Shown here: positions 135,313 through 147,346 of the stretch, one piece after another
How positions within the stretch are numbered: position 1 is the stretch's first letter
Layout of the letters: the number at the start of each line of letters is the position of its first letter
Assembly (NCBI RefSeq): GCF_000400465.1
Contig: NW_008806281.1
Span: forward strand, 20,001-268,000
Length of the DNA stretch: 248,000 bases
From: Wallemia ichthyophaga EXF-994
Lineage: Eukaryota > Fungi > Basidiomycota
Reading direction: 5' to 3'
Translations under genes and position numbers: made by a program
The notes under the pieces: model-generated
Databases searched by the model: none
Seen by the model: only the letters and a program-made list of their open reading frames with translations
What the model was told of the DNA's origin: nothing

Positions 135313-135477
135313 CAGGTAAGCGTGATTACAAGGTACACAACTATATTCCACTGGTTTCGTTTTGCAGATGAGGCATATAATTGGTGTGTTTGGAGTGTTT
135401 GGAGTACCTGGAGTATCTATAGTACCCTGAGTACCTCGAATATCGTTAATATTACTCGTTTTACTCGTATTGCTCAT
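135196..135477 (-). CDS. Small RING-like zinc-finger protein
   Basis: CLICK..CVPCNH..C..C. Confidence 0.6.
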   Translation of the reverse strand: MSNTSKTSNINDIRGTQGTIDTPGTPNTPNTPIICLICKTKPVEYSCVPCNHAYLCKTDAMKQGTGGRCKVGETAGRIHRLTATHVDLQGNVY

Positions 135478-135510
135478 CGCTGTTTCTAATCTTGAACAAG
135501 AACCACCATC

Positions 135511-136110
135511 ATGACCTCAATAAACAACGCCATCCACTCAATCAAATCCCCGCTTTTAAAATCATTCCTTCTCTCTGAATCTAATTTCTGGTTTGTGGCA
135601 CAGAAATCCCAGCATCTCCTGCCGCCATCAACGACCCTCGAACAAGCGCAATCTGATCCTCGCGCTTTGAGACCTTCGCCGTTTCAATTCAGAAAGTCCA
135701 AGCTCACCGGTAAATGGCAGCCCCCGCGTTACTCGAGGAGACAGCAGGCTGACCTCATCAAGGCTGCCAGAGCTGAAGGCGTGATGCACCTACTTCCAAC
135801 TTCAGTCAAGGACGCTGTCACCGATGCTGTTTCCGTTGAGAAACCCTTTAATTGGCAGGAGAAGGCCATGTTTGATGTCCTCCCAAGGGCTCCTAGAGCC
135901 GTTGCAGAGAAGAAGTTTAAGGGTAGTCTCTGGCACAGGAAGCAGCCAGCCAGACAAGCAGCAATCCATGAAAATCTACAGAACATGTCCCAAAAGATCG
136001 ATTTCTGGAACAAGGTGCGCTGTTCTCTCTCTTTGTTCTGTCTTCTTGCTTACTCTCTACAAAGGAAAAGGAACAGCGCAAACAGAAACACACTCCGCCA
136101 CTACCTTTCT
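135511..136110 (+). CDS. MRPL25: Mitochondrial ribosomal protein mL59
   Basis: PSPF..GKWQPPRYSRRQQADLIK; FKGSLWHR. Confidence 0.8.
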
Positions 136111-136209
136111 AGATTCATTTGTTTCACACTTTATACATTACTCTTTATCGCATTCGTTTTCTTTCCCTCCTTGCCCTCTTCTTGCTCCTCTCCTTACTCT
136201 CCATTCTCC

Positions 136210-137280
136210 ATGGCTAGACGTTTCACTGTAAAAGTTCCAGCGACTTCTGCAAATCTAGCGTGTGGCTTTGATTGCCTGGGTGCCAGTTGGGAGGGTATTG
136301 ATTTACGTCTGAGCGTCTCTCACCAACCCTACCCCGCAACGAAACACACAACGCCTACAATCACCTACACAGGCGAGGGAGCTGGCGAGGTACCTCTGGA
136401 TCCATACAAGAATCTAACGACGCGCGTGTGCATATATGTGTTAAGATGCCACGACATAGGAGAATTCCCCGACGAGTTGGACATAAAAGTGCACAACGAA
136501 ATCCCCTTTGGACGCGGTCTGGGCAGTTCCGGTGCTGCGGTGGTAGCTGGGGTCTTATTAGCGGATGCGCTGGCTGATTTGCGTATGACGCCGTCGCGCC
136601 AGCTCGATTTCGCGCTAATGGTTGAGCGTCACCCCGACAACGTAGCTGCAGCGTTGATCGGCGGGTTCGTAGGGAGCTACCTGAAAACGTTACCAGCGGG
136701 GGCGCTCGACCCATCCAGCGTGCCCATGAGCGAGGTGCTACCCGAATACCCGCGCGACGCCAGCAAGGACTGGGGAAGCAAGCCTCCCGTCCCCCCGCAC
136801 GAGATCGGCCACTGGCTTCGTTATGGCTGGGCAGAGCAGATCAAGGCGCTTGTAGTCATCCCTCAATTTGAATTATCTACCGCCAAGGCTAGGGGGTGTC
136901 TACCGGAACTGTATGAGAGGGGAGATGTCGTTTTCAATTTACAGCGCCTCGCTGTACTTACTACAGCTCTCTCCATTAATCCACCGGACCCACATCTTAT
137001 TTGGGAAGCTATGCAGGACCGTCTCCACCAGCCGTACCGCGCTGAGTTGATACCAGGTCTACCGGAAATCACTAGATCTCTCACACCTTCAACCCACCCA
137101 GGTCTGCTTGGAATCTGCCTCTCAGGCGCTGGTCCAACTATACTCGCCCTGCACACACATAACGATGACGCCATTGCGCAGGGCATCTGCAGCATCTTTG
137201 CAAAGAACGGCGTGCAGTGCAGACTCGAAGTGAAGGGGATATCGCTTACGGGTTCTACGGTGAATTGGGAGTTAAAATAA
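136210..137280 (+). CDS. THR1: Homoserine kinase
   Basis: VPATSANL; IPFGRGLGSSGAA; HPDN; SGAGPT. Confidence 0.95.
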   Translation: MARRFTVKVPATSANLACGFDCLGASWEGIDLRLSVSHQPYPATKHTTPTITYTGEGAGEVPLDPYKNLTTRVCIYVLRCHDIGEFPDELDIKVHNEIPFGRGLGSSGAAVVAGVLLADALADLRMTPSRQLDFALMVERHPDNVAAALIGGFVGSYLKTLPAGALDPSSVPMSEVLPEYPRDASKDWGSKPPVPPHEIGHWLRYGWAEQIKALVVIPQFELSTAKARGCLPELYERGDVVFNLQRLAVLTTALSINPPDPHLIWEAMQDRLHQPYRAELIPGLPEITRSLTPSTHPGLLGICLSGAGPTILALHTHNDDAIAQGICSIFAKNGVQCRLEVKGISLTGSTVNWELK

Positions 137281-137338
137281 TGCATTTCCTGTGTTTTATA
137301 TGTTTTATATCCTTTCTGCCTTTGTCTCTCGTACGACC

Positions 137339-138045
137339 ATGTCGAACACGGCCATCACATACACACAATACCACGACGAGCGGCAGCTTGCGAGTATCAT
137401 GGATCTCATCGACACGGAGCTCTCAGAGCCCTACATCAACATGACTTACCGGTATTTCGTGCATACGTGGTGCGTGGTGTGTGGGTGAGGGTGAAGCCAA
137501 GGCAGCTAACAGCGCGCGCGTGCGCACTACAGGCCACAGCTGACGTTTTTGGTGGGTGTGTTGGTTGAAAACATTGCAATTTGCTTATTCATTGTTTCTT
137601 TCATTGCTTGCTCAGGCTCATGACCACACCACGGCGCAATCTCAATCTCAATCACTTGCACAGAACTCCGCTCTCGCTGTTGGCGTCGTCGTATGTAAGC
137701 AGGAGAGACACAAGTCGGGGCTGATGCGCGGTTATATCGCTATGCTCTCAGTGCGTACGGATTATCGTAAACGCGGTATAGCCACGAAGCTCGTGAGGAT
137801 GGCGATAGACGCCATGATTAGCGGCGGTGCTGAGGAGGTGCGTGTGGAGCATGGATTGTAAAGTATAAGCAATCTAACACACGGCAGATTGTGCTCGAAA
137901 CTGAAGTGGATAATTCCACATCTATTGCATTTTACAAGAGACTTGGCTTTATGGCAGAGAAACGCCTTTATCGGTTCTACATGAACGGAAAAGACGCTTT
138001 TAGGCTTTGTTTACCGGTGGTGGAAGGGGAGGATAAGTATGGATA
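137339..138045 (+). CDS. MAK3: NatC catalytic N-acetyltransferase
   Basis: LSEPYINMTYRYF; RGYIAML..YRKRGIA. Confidence 0.9.
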
Positions 138046-138167
138046 GCCTGTGGCTTGTGGCTTGTGGCTTGTGGTATTTAGCATTTAGCAATTAGCAATT
138101 AGCATTTAGTAATCCATAGTCATCATTAGCATTAGAAATAGCCTCAGCCTCAGCCTCAGCATTGAAA

Positions 138168-138800
138168 TCAATCCAGCAAATCAAACTCAACATCCCCATC
138201 ACCGTCAAATGCTTGCATGTGTTGCTGCTCTTGTGCAGTGCTGTTGATTGGATGGTGGACCACTTTCTCAGCCTCCACCTCGCGACTCTCTCCCATTTCA
138301 AGCGTGAGCGTGTGTTCCTCGCCCTGAGCAAATAGGATACCACGACGCATGTTTGATTCGGTGGGGAAAGGCATATTGAATGGCTGCTGAGGGGCGTGGC
138401 TGTCGTTGGTGGTGAGAGACGGTGGAGCGTGGGTGAAAGCAGCCAACTTTTGAGCGTATTCGAGGAGAGTTTCGTGAGGTATTTTACTCTCCTCAGCCGC
138501 TCTCATCTGGGCCTTGTCTTTGTCACTGTCTTGTACAATTCTGCCCAAATCATTCTGTGATTGTTTGAGTGTGTGTAGTGAGTGCTGGATTGATTCTTCC
138601 AACTCGATGATATCCGTTTCCAGAGCAGCAATAATACCCTGTCGCAGCTGGTGCCCGCGCAGCTCCTCCAAATGCACCGACAGTGCGCTGTCCAGTTGTG
138701 AGAGCTGTGCCAACGCCCCCACACTAACTCTTCCGGGCTTCACTGGCTGGCTGGACAGACTGGCGAATAGAGCAGCGCTTATTCTGTCGATATCATTCAG
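138168..138800 (-). CDS. MED4: Mediator subunit 4
   Basis: LLEYAQKLAAFT..PFPTESNMRRG. Confidence 0.7.
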   Translation of the reverse strand: MNDIDRISAALFASLSSQPVKPGRVSVGALAQLSQLDSALSVHLEELRGHQLRQGIIAALETDIIELEESIQHSLHTLKQSQNDLGRIVQDSDKDKAQMRAAEESKIPHETLLEYAQKLAAFTHAPPSLTTNDSHAPQQPFNMPFPTESNMRRGILFAQGEEHTLTLEMGESREVEAEKVVHHPINSTAQEQQHMQAFDGDGDVEFDLLD

Positions 138801-138835
138801 CGTTTTTATTGCTTCTTGGTTCCCAACGCCCATCA

Positions 138836-140628
138836 TCATGGACTTACTAGAGCAACCCGCACGGGTGAAGAATTCTTTCATCAAGACTGACGGTCTCCGT
138901 GCGTGGTATGACGAGAACGGCAATCCAGTTGAGCCGTTCATCATCGGCATAGCCGGGGGCAGTTCGAGCGGCAAGACGTACGTAGCGGGGTGAGTGTGGT
139001 GTCGCTATCACCGCTTCTGCCATACTCAACCAGCTTAGTGAAATCATAAAGCGTCTGCACAACGTACAATCCATAGCCATCATCTCCCAGGACAGTTTCT
139101 ACGGCGAGCGAACACCCGCTGAAATAGACTTGGCGTACAAGAACATGTACGATTTCGACTCACCCCAAGCTATCGATATGGAGCTATTCACTAACGTACT
139201 CAACGATATTAAGAAATGCAGGGCTGTCCAACTCCCAAACTACTCATTCAACACGCACTCCCGTCTCCCCCAATCCACCTACTTGTACGGTGCACGCGTC
139301 GTTATCGTTGAGGGGATCCTCGTTCTCACTGATCCCGCCTTGCGCGACTTTTTCGACATGAAGGTCTTCGTGCAATGCGACAGTGATGTCATGCTCGCGC
139401 GGCGCATCAAGCGCGATGTCGTCGAGAGGTGAGTGGGGGTGTGTAGCGTGTAGCGCGACCGACAGCTCACACCACCCAGATCGCGCGATGTCGACGGTGT
139501 GCTCAGCCAGTACCTCAAATGGGTCAAGCCGTCTTTTGTGAGTGTATACTGCCCACCTCACACCAACACTCTCTAACAACTACACAGGAAAATTTCGTGC
139601 TTCCCTCCTCCCGTCATGCTGATATCATAGTGCCTGGCGCAGCCAACAGTGTAGCGGTGGATCTGATAGTGACGCATCTCAAAACGCAGCTCACACAGCG
139701 CTCCCGATTCCTTCGCAAAACACTCTCCACCACTTCACCCCGCTGCTCCGACTTACCGCCTAACGTGCGCGTGATAGCGAGCACCCCGACACGTAACGCC
139801 CTCCTCACACTCCTCCGCGATCCTTGCACACCCCGCACGCAATTTGTCGATGCCGTCGACCGCCTAGCTGCAATGGTGGCTGGAGAGGTTTTGGCCTATC
139901 TCCCGCACGAGAAATGTGTGGTAGACACGCCCTTAGCGGTGAGTGAGGGGGTGCGAATGAATCTGAGTGAGGGTAGGCATCCTGATGCTAATGTTGATGC
140001 CAATGTTGATGCTAATGTTTCAACACCCGGCAATCTCTGCGCAGTGGCCATCCAGCGCTCCGGCTCACTCTTCAATCACGGCCTGCGGCGTATTTTCCCC
140101 GATGTAGAACTGGGCTCAATGTTGATCCAGCACGATACTGAACACGGTGAGCCGGCACTGTACCACCACAATCTGCCGCGTGCAGTGAAGCAGGCTGAGA
140201 CAGCGCGACACACTTGGGTGCTGCTGTCTGACTCCCAATGCGGCACTGGCGCTGCGGCTTACATGGCCATTCGGGTGTTGCTGGACCACGGCGTCCTCCA
140301 ACATCATATCATCTTCCTTACTTTCCTCGTCGCGAAACGCGGCGGCGTGCACGCTATTCATAGAGCCTTTCCCGGTATTCAAATCCTTACGGCCGCCGCT
140401 GACCCCGTGTTGCGCGAAGTCGAGGTGCCTATTAGCGGTAATGGTAGCGGGAAAGCTAACACATTCAACGAGGAGAATGACGCGCAGGAGAATGTGCAAA
140501 CTCACACTCACACACCCACTCACAGGCGCAAAAGCGTCGTTAGCTTGGAGGTCCCCGAACGCAAAAAGTACTGGCAGATCGTACCAGGGATGGGCAATGT
140601 GGGCGATAGGTATTATGGGACGGTGTGA
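138836..140628 (+). CDS. URK1: Uridine kinase with UPRT domain
   Basis: GGSSSGKT; DFDSP; GNVGDRY. Confidence 0.92.
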
Positions 140629-140714
140629 GTGGGGTAAAGTGCAAAGTGGAAAGTAATGCAATGGATAGATATACAGATAATACATACATAGACAGATACA
140701 TACAGACACTACCG

Positions 140715-141893
140715 TCACGCATTCAAATGGTACACTTGCACACCCCCTTCACCACCCCGGACACTGTCGAAGCAAGTGGGGCACCAGAAAGAGACGAGTG
140801 CAGCACCCACTTTATCCTTGTAAGTGGTGAAATGTGCCTGTTTCTTATTGCAGATGTCGCACAAGTGTTTTGTGTGTGTTGGTGCTGCGCGTATGTACTT
140901 GTAACGCGGGACAACTTCCTTGGTGGCTTTCAACCTGACACTGGTAACTTGCAGGGTATGCTCACAGTTTCCGTTGTGGATGTATATACCTACGCCGCCT
141001 GTGCGGAGAGGAAGGCTGCTGATGGGGGTGTCTGTGGTGTTGTTTGTGGTTTTGGTGTTGGCGTTGCTATTGGTATCGGTATTGGTAATACTACTACTAC
141101 TACTACTACTAGTACTATCACTAGAATTACCACTACGATTGCTAACGCCACCAGCACTCCCAAAGACCTCCTCATACGCTGTAATACACCCTGCGCGCCC
141201 ATCCAAGTAAGCCACGCCGTCAAAGAGGATACATCCTGCTGGAGTGATGTTGGAGCAACAGCGAGCGCGTATGCGATCGATGACATGATTGAGAGGGGCG
141301 GCAGAAGGCAGGGCGAGTGAGCACAGTTTGTTTGTGTCTGGAGCGGGAGCGCCCACAAGCACATCCACAACCGCACACCGATAGTCCCAACCGCGCCCGC
141401 GTGCATTAATATCCGTGTTATCCGCCCCTTTCCCATCCACATCGGCGGCGGAAGCGGGGCGGATGTGGTGTGCGAGTGTGCGCGTATCGCAACCCTTCTG
141501 GATGTGGTCCAGACACCGTTGTGGGGGTGCGGTTATGATTGAGGGGAGGACGTTTAGCGCGTCTGCAGCTGCACCTTGATCTGTATCTGCATCGTTCCTG
141601 CGCCCACGCCTCCGCCTCAACGCGTATCTCTCGTTGTGGGTCTGGAGTGCGTGCACGAATCGCTTATCGCACAGCAGCCGTTCGTCGTCAGCGGTGATAG
141701 TGGCTGTGGAGCGCGTGAGGGAGTGTATGAGGGAGTGCGTTTGTGTGTTGGTGGTGTCCTCGTCGCCCTCGCCCTCGCCCTCGCCTTGGTTACTCTTACT
141801 CTCTTCCAGCCTTCTACAGCGATCTAGAAACGCCTGTAGATTGATAAGCGGGGAATTGCCACCGAAGCTGTTTGCCATTTCATTTGAATTCAT
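140715..141893 (-). CDS. snRNA-activating complex subunit 3 (SNAP50)-like
   Basis: YIHNGNCEH..CDIC..FWCPTCF. Confidence 0.7.
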   Translation of the reverse strand: MNSNEMANSFGGNSPLINLQAFLDRCRRLEESKSNQGEGEGEGDEDTTNTQTHSLIHSLTRSTATITADDERLLCDKRFVHALQTHNERYALRRRRGRRNDADTDQGAAADALNVLPSIITAPPQRCLDHIQKGCDTRTLAHHIRPASAADVDGKGADNTDINARGRGWDYRCAVVDVLVGAPAPDTNKLCSLALPSAAPLNHVIDRIRARCCSNITPAGCILFDGVAYLDGRAGCITAYEEVFGSAGGVSNRSGNSSDSTSSSSSSSITNTDTNSNANTKTTNNTTDTPISSLPLRTGGVGIYIHNGNCEHTLQVTSVRLKATKEVVPRYKYIRAAPTHTKHLCDICNKKQAHFTTYKDKVGAALVSFWCPTCFDSVRGGEGGVQVYHLNA

Positions 141894-141904
141894 TATTTGA
141901 TTGT

Positions 141905-142524
141905 CGCCGTTGTTGGCTTCAAACTATGACGTGGGTGTGTGCTGAAACGAGAAGACATGGACTGAAAAGGCAAACAGCGGGCAATTGAGATATGATTACT
142001 TCCAAACGAATGGGAGTTTAGAGGTTAGCGTATTTGCCAAAGGAGTGAGTCAGGATGGCTTAACAGTGGAGTTTAAGGAGAGAGAGCTGTTTGTAAACCT
142101 AAGTGACAACAGACAACTCCATCTAGCACCGCTATTATACCCTATTCAACCTTCAAAGTGCAGCTACACGTTAAAATCCATGAAAATTGAAATTGAGCTG
142201 GTTAAAGCGGTAGAAGGGGTCCATTGGAGTGGTTTAACACAGCCAGCAGACACACAGCCGCAACAACACCCTACAAATACAAAAGACTGGAATAAAATAG
142301 CTATAGAACAAGACAAAGAAGAAAAAGAAGATAAGAATCAAGACACAAACCCAGATGACTTTTTTAAGAAGCTTTTCGCCGGTGCAGACGACGACGTTCG
142401 CAAGGCAATGATGAAATCGTATCAGGAGAGTGGAGGTACGACGCTATCGACGAATTGGGATCAAGTGAAGAAGGGTGAGGTGAAGGGCACGCCGCCGGAA
142501 GGAATGGAGAGGAAGGACTACTAA
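141905..142524 (+). CDS. SGT1: SGT1 co-chaperone (CS plus SGS only)
   Basis: RYDYFQT; AMMKSYQESGGTTLSTNW. Confidence 0.9.
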
Positions 142525-142535
142525 TGTAGTAGCTC

Positions 142536-142895
142536 TCACTCCTTGCCATACTCATGCAACCACTCCTGCGTACTCCAAATTGGTTTATTGGATTCACCAG
142601 TCAGGTGTGCTGCTTTCAGTGGCTTTGCGTAGTTGCATTTGATAACGTTGTTTGAAAGAATATTTAAATCCATATTGTCAATCGCAGTAGCAGCAGCAAT
142701 CTTGTCATCAAACTCAATAAAGCCATATCCCCTATGGGGCAGCTTTGAGAACTTCTCCTGAGGCGCTGGGAGTTGTATATCGAGGATATTGCCGAAGGAG
142801 TGAAAAGAAGCGTGTAAATCATCCTTATTGAGGGATTGGCTGATGTTGTTTACCCATACCGTCCTCTGTGACTTGTCTTTGATTGAAGAAGACAT
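142536..142895 (-). CDS. Single-RRM protein (cyclophilin E-like RRM)
   Basis: HRGYGFIEF; AIDNMD. Confidence 0.75.
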   Translation of the reverse strand: MSSSIKDKSQRTVWVNNISQSLNKDDLHASFHSFGNILDIQLPAPQEKFSKLPHRGYGFIEFDDKIAAATAIDNMDLNILSNNVIKCNYAKPLKAAHLTGESNKPIWSTQEWLHEYGKE

Positions 142896-142936
142896 GATTG
142901 AGGCTAATCAACGTGTTCAAACGATTCGACGACGAT

Positions 142937-144130
142937 ATGAATAGGATACATAGGCTACTAAAGCCAGTTAAGGTGGATTGGAATAACAAGCTCATTAATA
143001 TTCACTGGAATGACAACAAATCGTGTAACTTTCATAACTTATGGCTTAGAGACCACTCTAGGGACGCACACTCATTCCATCCAATCACAAAGCAGAGGTT
143101 GGTGGACACTTACGCCATTCCAGACTCAATACAGCCCATTGAAGTATCTCAATCAGACACCACGCTCTCTGTTCGTTGGAATGACAACTCAACGTGCAAG
143201 TACCCGTATCACTGGCTATATAATAATAGCTACTATCCCAAGCTTAGTGAGGTTAAGAGGGATATAAAACCAACCTGGAATGCCCAGCAGATACGCCAGA
143301 ACACTCCGACAACCCAGTACACCGACATTGTACACTCAGATAAAGGTATCTTAAACTGGCTCCAAAACATCCACACCCATGGAATTGGTTTTGTTGAAGG
143401 TGTACCATCCACTCCCGAACACACGGAACAGCTCACTCAACAAATCACTTTCATTCGCCAAACCCACTACGGAACTTTCTGGGACTTCACCTCCGACCTG
143501 AGCCACGGTGACACTGCATACACCGACATAGCACTCGGTGCACACACCGACACTACCTACTTCACTGACCCGATCGGTCTCCAATTATTCCACTTGCTAC
143601 AACCGGCGACAGTCCAAGGCGGTGATAGTCTCTTCATCGACGGCTTCCACTGCGCAAATATCCTCAAGCAGCTTGATCCACCCGCCTTCGACACACTCTC
143701 CACCACCCCTATCCCCTCTCACTCCGTTGGGAGCCAAGACGCCATCATTAAACCTGCACAGCAGTCTGGCTATCCTATAATCAACCTCGACAACATCACC
143801 GGCGAGCTACTCCAAATCCGCTACAACAATGACGACAGATCGGTGTTAAATGCGTTGTCTCCGAAACGCGTTGAGGATTTTTACAGGGCGTTAAAGATTT
143901 GGAATGGCATCCTCAACGACCCCCGCAATCAGTTCTGGCTCCCTCTTGAGAAAGGAAAGGTCGTCCTCTTCGATAATTGGAGAATCCTCCATGGTAGATC
144001 TGCCTTTAGCGGCAAGAGAAGATTATGTGGTGCGTATATCAACCATGACGACTATATGTCCAGACTGCGCACGCTTACTGAGAAACATTTCGATCATGAT
144101 TTAAGGAACGAGTACGGAACCCTGTTTTAG
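142937..144130 (+). CDS. Trimethyllysine dioxygenase
   Basis: WLRDH; HTDTTYF; DNWRILHGR. Confidence 0.9.
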   Translation: MNRIHRLLKPVKVDWNNKLINIHWNDNKSCNFHNLWLRDHSRDAHSFHPITKQRLVDTYAIPDSIQPIEVSQSDTTLSVRWNDNSTCKYPYHWLYNNSYYPKLSEVKRDIKPTWNAQQIRQNTPTTQYTDIVHSDKGILNWLQNIHTHGIGFVEGVPSTPEHTEQLTQQITFIRQTHYGTFWDFTSDLSHGDTAYTDIALGAHTDTTYFTDPIGLQLFHLLQPATVQGGDSLFIDGFHCANILKQLDPPAFDTLSTTPIPSHSVGSQDAIIKPAQQSGYPIINLDNITGELLQIRYNNDDRSVLNALSPKRVEDFYRALKIWNGILNDPRNQFWLPLEKGKVVLFDNWRILHGRSAFSGKRRLCGAYINHDDYMSRLRTLTEKHFDHDLRNEYGTLF

Positions 144131-144602
144131 GCGGTGTGAGGTGTAAAAATTATGATTGAATACATATGTTTTGCTTGGTGTTGAGTGTGTTTTGATACTA
144201 TTTGCTAACCCCTTAACCACCGCCACCACCAACATCCCCCTCTATGACGTATTCACGTGACTTTATGCTAGGGTGACTGCATGAACCCAATTTACGCAGG
144301 CTAAATTTAAAAGCTAAGCTGCTTTTTTCGTGTTAGAGTGTTTACGCGTGTGCATATATGACTAGTATGCTCCGCACACATATCCAAGACAGTTACTGTG
144401 TTACTCAGCTAAAGTAAAACACTCAACCTGTTTAACACATGCCGAACGAGGCTAAAATGAACTTACTATGAATAAAAAATCAAATTTTATAAACCTAATT
144501 TTGTTATTTCGTCCCTTACCGAATATTTCATTTCTGCCGTGAAGTTTGAAGCTTAACCAAGCGGGAAGGTAGAAGATACGAGAAAAAGCTCCAGTAGACA
144601 AA

Positions 144603-145341
144603 ATGAACAATGCAGACAGTCTCCTACACCAATCCAAAGAGCCACGACAATATCGTCTGAACATCCTCCAGCAGCCCCGCGTAGCTAGGATGTCTTCCTT
144701 TAGCGAGAAGAGGCCGGTTGATCCACCTGCGATTATTCAGCTAGAGGTGTATGATAGCGCGGGTAGACTAGATGAGGAGTAAATTGTGATTTAGAATTAC
144801 AAGTATCTTTATTCACACCGTTTACAGCGCGCTAAGATCGCCGTTCTGGGTACTACACGTTCTTCTCGCAGACAACGACACACTCCCCAAACCCCAGTCA
144901 CAGATATTGCAAGGCTCATTAACATCCTCTGCACACTACTGCCGTCTATCCAACCACGACACTGATGGCTATGGATGTTTTTTCTATTTCAGGTACGTCA
145001 TCAGATTATATCTAATCTAATCTCATTGAGGCACTTAACGTACTCCCAGCGACCTCACTCTCACTATGGAAGGCGCTTATCGTCTCAAATTCCTTCTCAC
145101 AACCGTCTGCTCTCAGGATAATTCCCCACAGCCTGTGCTGAGCCATGTCGTCACTAACCCGTTCACCGTGTACACTGCTAAGAAGTTTCCTGGTATGGCG
145201 CGTAAGTTGGGTTGTTTATCTGGCTTTCTCCTTTTAATTACCACACAGCTTCTTCTCATCTCGCTAAATCACTCGCGGCGCAAGGTGTCAAAATACCCAT
145301 CAGAAATGAAGAGCGAAAACGAAATCAGAACAGAGAAGAAG
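144603..145341 (+). CDS. Minimal velvet-domain protein
   Basis: QQPRVARM..RPVDPPAIIQL; FTVYTAKKFPGM. Confidence 0.8.
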
Positions 145342-145400
145342 AGCTTAATTGATCAACCTTAGGTTAATAAACAACACCACATGCATCCGTATCACTAAAT

Positions 145401-146800
145401 TCAACTCTTGCCGAAGAAGCTCGAAATAGAGCGCAGCGTGGACGGTTTATCGAATCCGCCGTCGTTAGAGGGGGCGTGTGAGTGGGCATGTGAGTTTAAT
145501 TGTGAGTGTGACTGTTGCGTTAGCGTTGGCGTCGTACTATCAGCATTCCTTGCGCTGCTCTGCTGTCTACCAAACAACCACGATGCATTTGTTTTGTGAG
145601 CAGTATCTGTAGGCGTAGGCACATCCTCATCTGTAGGCAGCGGCGGTAATTTCAACCCACTCGGCTTCTCCTCGCCGGAACTATCCATGAACTCACGCAA
145701 CGCCCGTAGCGCATTCTCACTCGATAACTTACCCTCCTTGATTACATCCACCTCCCGCCTCAGCCTCTGTATCTCGTTGGAAAGATTAGCGTTCTCCATT
145801 TGCACATTAGTCATATCCATCACCTGCGACGATCTGTTAGACGATGCGTTGCTCGACGGTTGTTGTGGGGCTGGTTGAGGGTTGAGGTGTAAGTCTTTGA
145901 GGGATTTTGTTGTGTTGCCATTACCATTGCCATTACCACTGATGCTTGCATTATCCGCTGATACGGACGACAATCTCTTGTGTGACTTGATCGAAGCTCT
146001 CTTCTGTGGTAAAAGGGTGTAAGAGGTATTTCTTTGTATTATAACATATCGACTCACCGAAAGATTGGCTGGCTCGCTTAGTATAAACGACGACCGCTTC
146101 GACTCCGTCTCCTGTCTCCTCCTACTCTTATCCTGCTCTTGCTGCTGCTGCAGTTTCATGACGCCATTCCTGCTCTCCTCAACCCGCGTACGCAATTGTA
146201 CTATTATCTCCTCTGCATCTACTCTTTGCTTCTTTTCTATTTCCAACTCCTGTGCAATTAATTCGCAATCTTCTTTGTATTTCTCGTTACTTGTCATTAG
146301 AGCTACGTTGTCCTCACGCACTTTAGCCAATTCTGAAAGTATCTTTTCTAGGTCGTGCTCTGTGTGCTCTGCTTTCTCTGCGTGCTCTATATCTCTCTCA
146401 GATTCAGGCGGCGTGCGCAGTCCTAGCACTGACATGCGTTTATCGAACTCGTCCACTGTCTTTGCTGGGGGTATGTCCTCCGCATCTTGCTCATTCTCAT
146501 TCCCATTCTCGTTCTCACCCACACCTCCGGTGGTATGATCCTCCATCTTTATGAAATCTTCTTCGGCGTCGTCCCATTTATCGAGCGATTTCGTTTGCGA
146601 TAAGGATAACGAAGGTGATAGCGGTGGTTCTAGGGTGTGTTGATGCTCCTGCTTGTGCTGGTGCGTCAAGGATTGGGTATCATTGGAATCCAGCGTATCC
146701 TGTGTATCCAGCGTATCCAGCGTATCCTGCGTATCCTTCGTATCCTGCATATTCTGAGTATCATTCTCATCAAATCCATACTTCTCCTCTCTTTCTCCCG
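145401..146800 (-). CDS. Coiled-coil hypothetical protein
   Basis: 481-aa ORF with one probable intron. Confidence 0.55.
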
Positions 146801-147005
146801 ATTCTTGCATTTTACTTCTATTTGAGTGTGCGTGATGGAGAATCACAGCGCGTTTGGTTCAAAACTTCGAAAGCCATCAAAGCACGCCAGAAATCGAGGC
146901 AGCTGTCAGCACAAATCAACGCACTCAAATAAATGCTCAGCTCCAACGCATTACTTAAAGCGTCTCAATCGTCCTCCTCGGCACACAGCAGCCCGTTGGC
147001 CACGA

Positions 147006-147262
147006 TGAGCAAAGCCACAGCCACATGTGCACCTGTTGTGAGTTATGGCATGTGCTCATATAGACTGACCTACTAATCACTCATTCCCTCCAGGCTAAGG
147101 CTTATGGCGCTTGCGTTGCTTCTTCCTACGAGGACATTTCCAAAGGCGTCTGTTCAAGCGAATTTGAAGCCTTCAAAAACTGCGTCACTAACGCCGTGAG
147201 TGGGAGCATGATTCTCACTCTCCTCTCTTTCTAACCACCTCTCAGATGGGTAGGAAGTGGTA
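147006..147262 (+). CDS. Twin CX9C (CHCH) mitochondrial protein
   Basis: AYGACV..GVCSSEFEAFKNCV; spliced; missed by ORF track. Confidence 0.65.
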
Positions 147263-147346
147263 ATCCTTTCTCTAACCTTTGCATCCATTGTATTCTAATC
147301 TTCTTTCTTCTTTCAAAATGTACATCTTCTCTTTACAACACTATTC

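Noticed and set aside
135511-137280. 589-aa MRPL25-THR1 fusion ORF
   Set aside because: MRPL25 has an intron (GTGCGC..AG near 136015) leading to its own stop at ~136110, and THR1 has its own ATG at ~136210; the open frame is most likely coincidental
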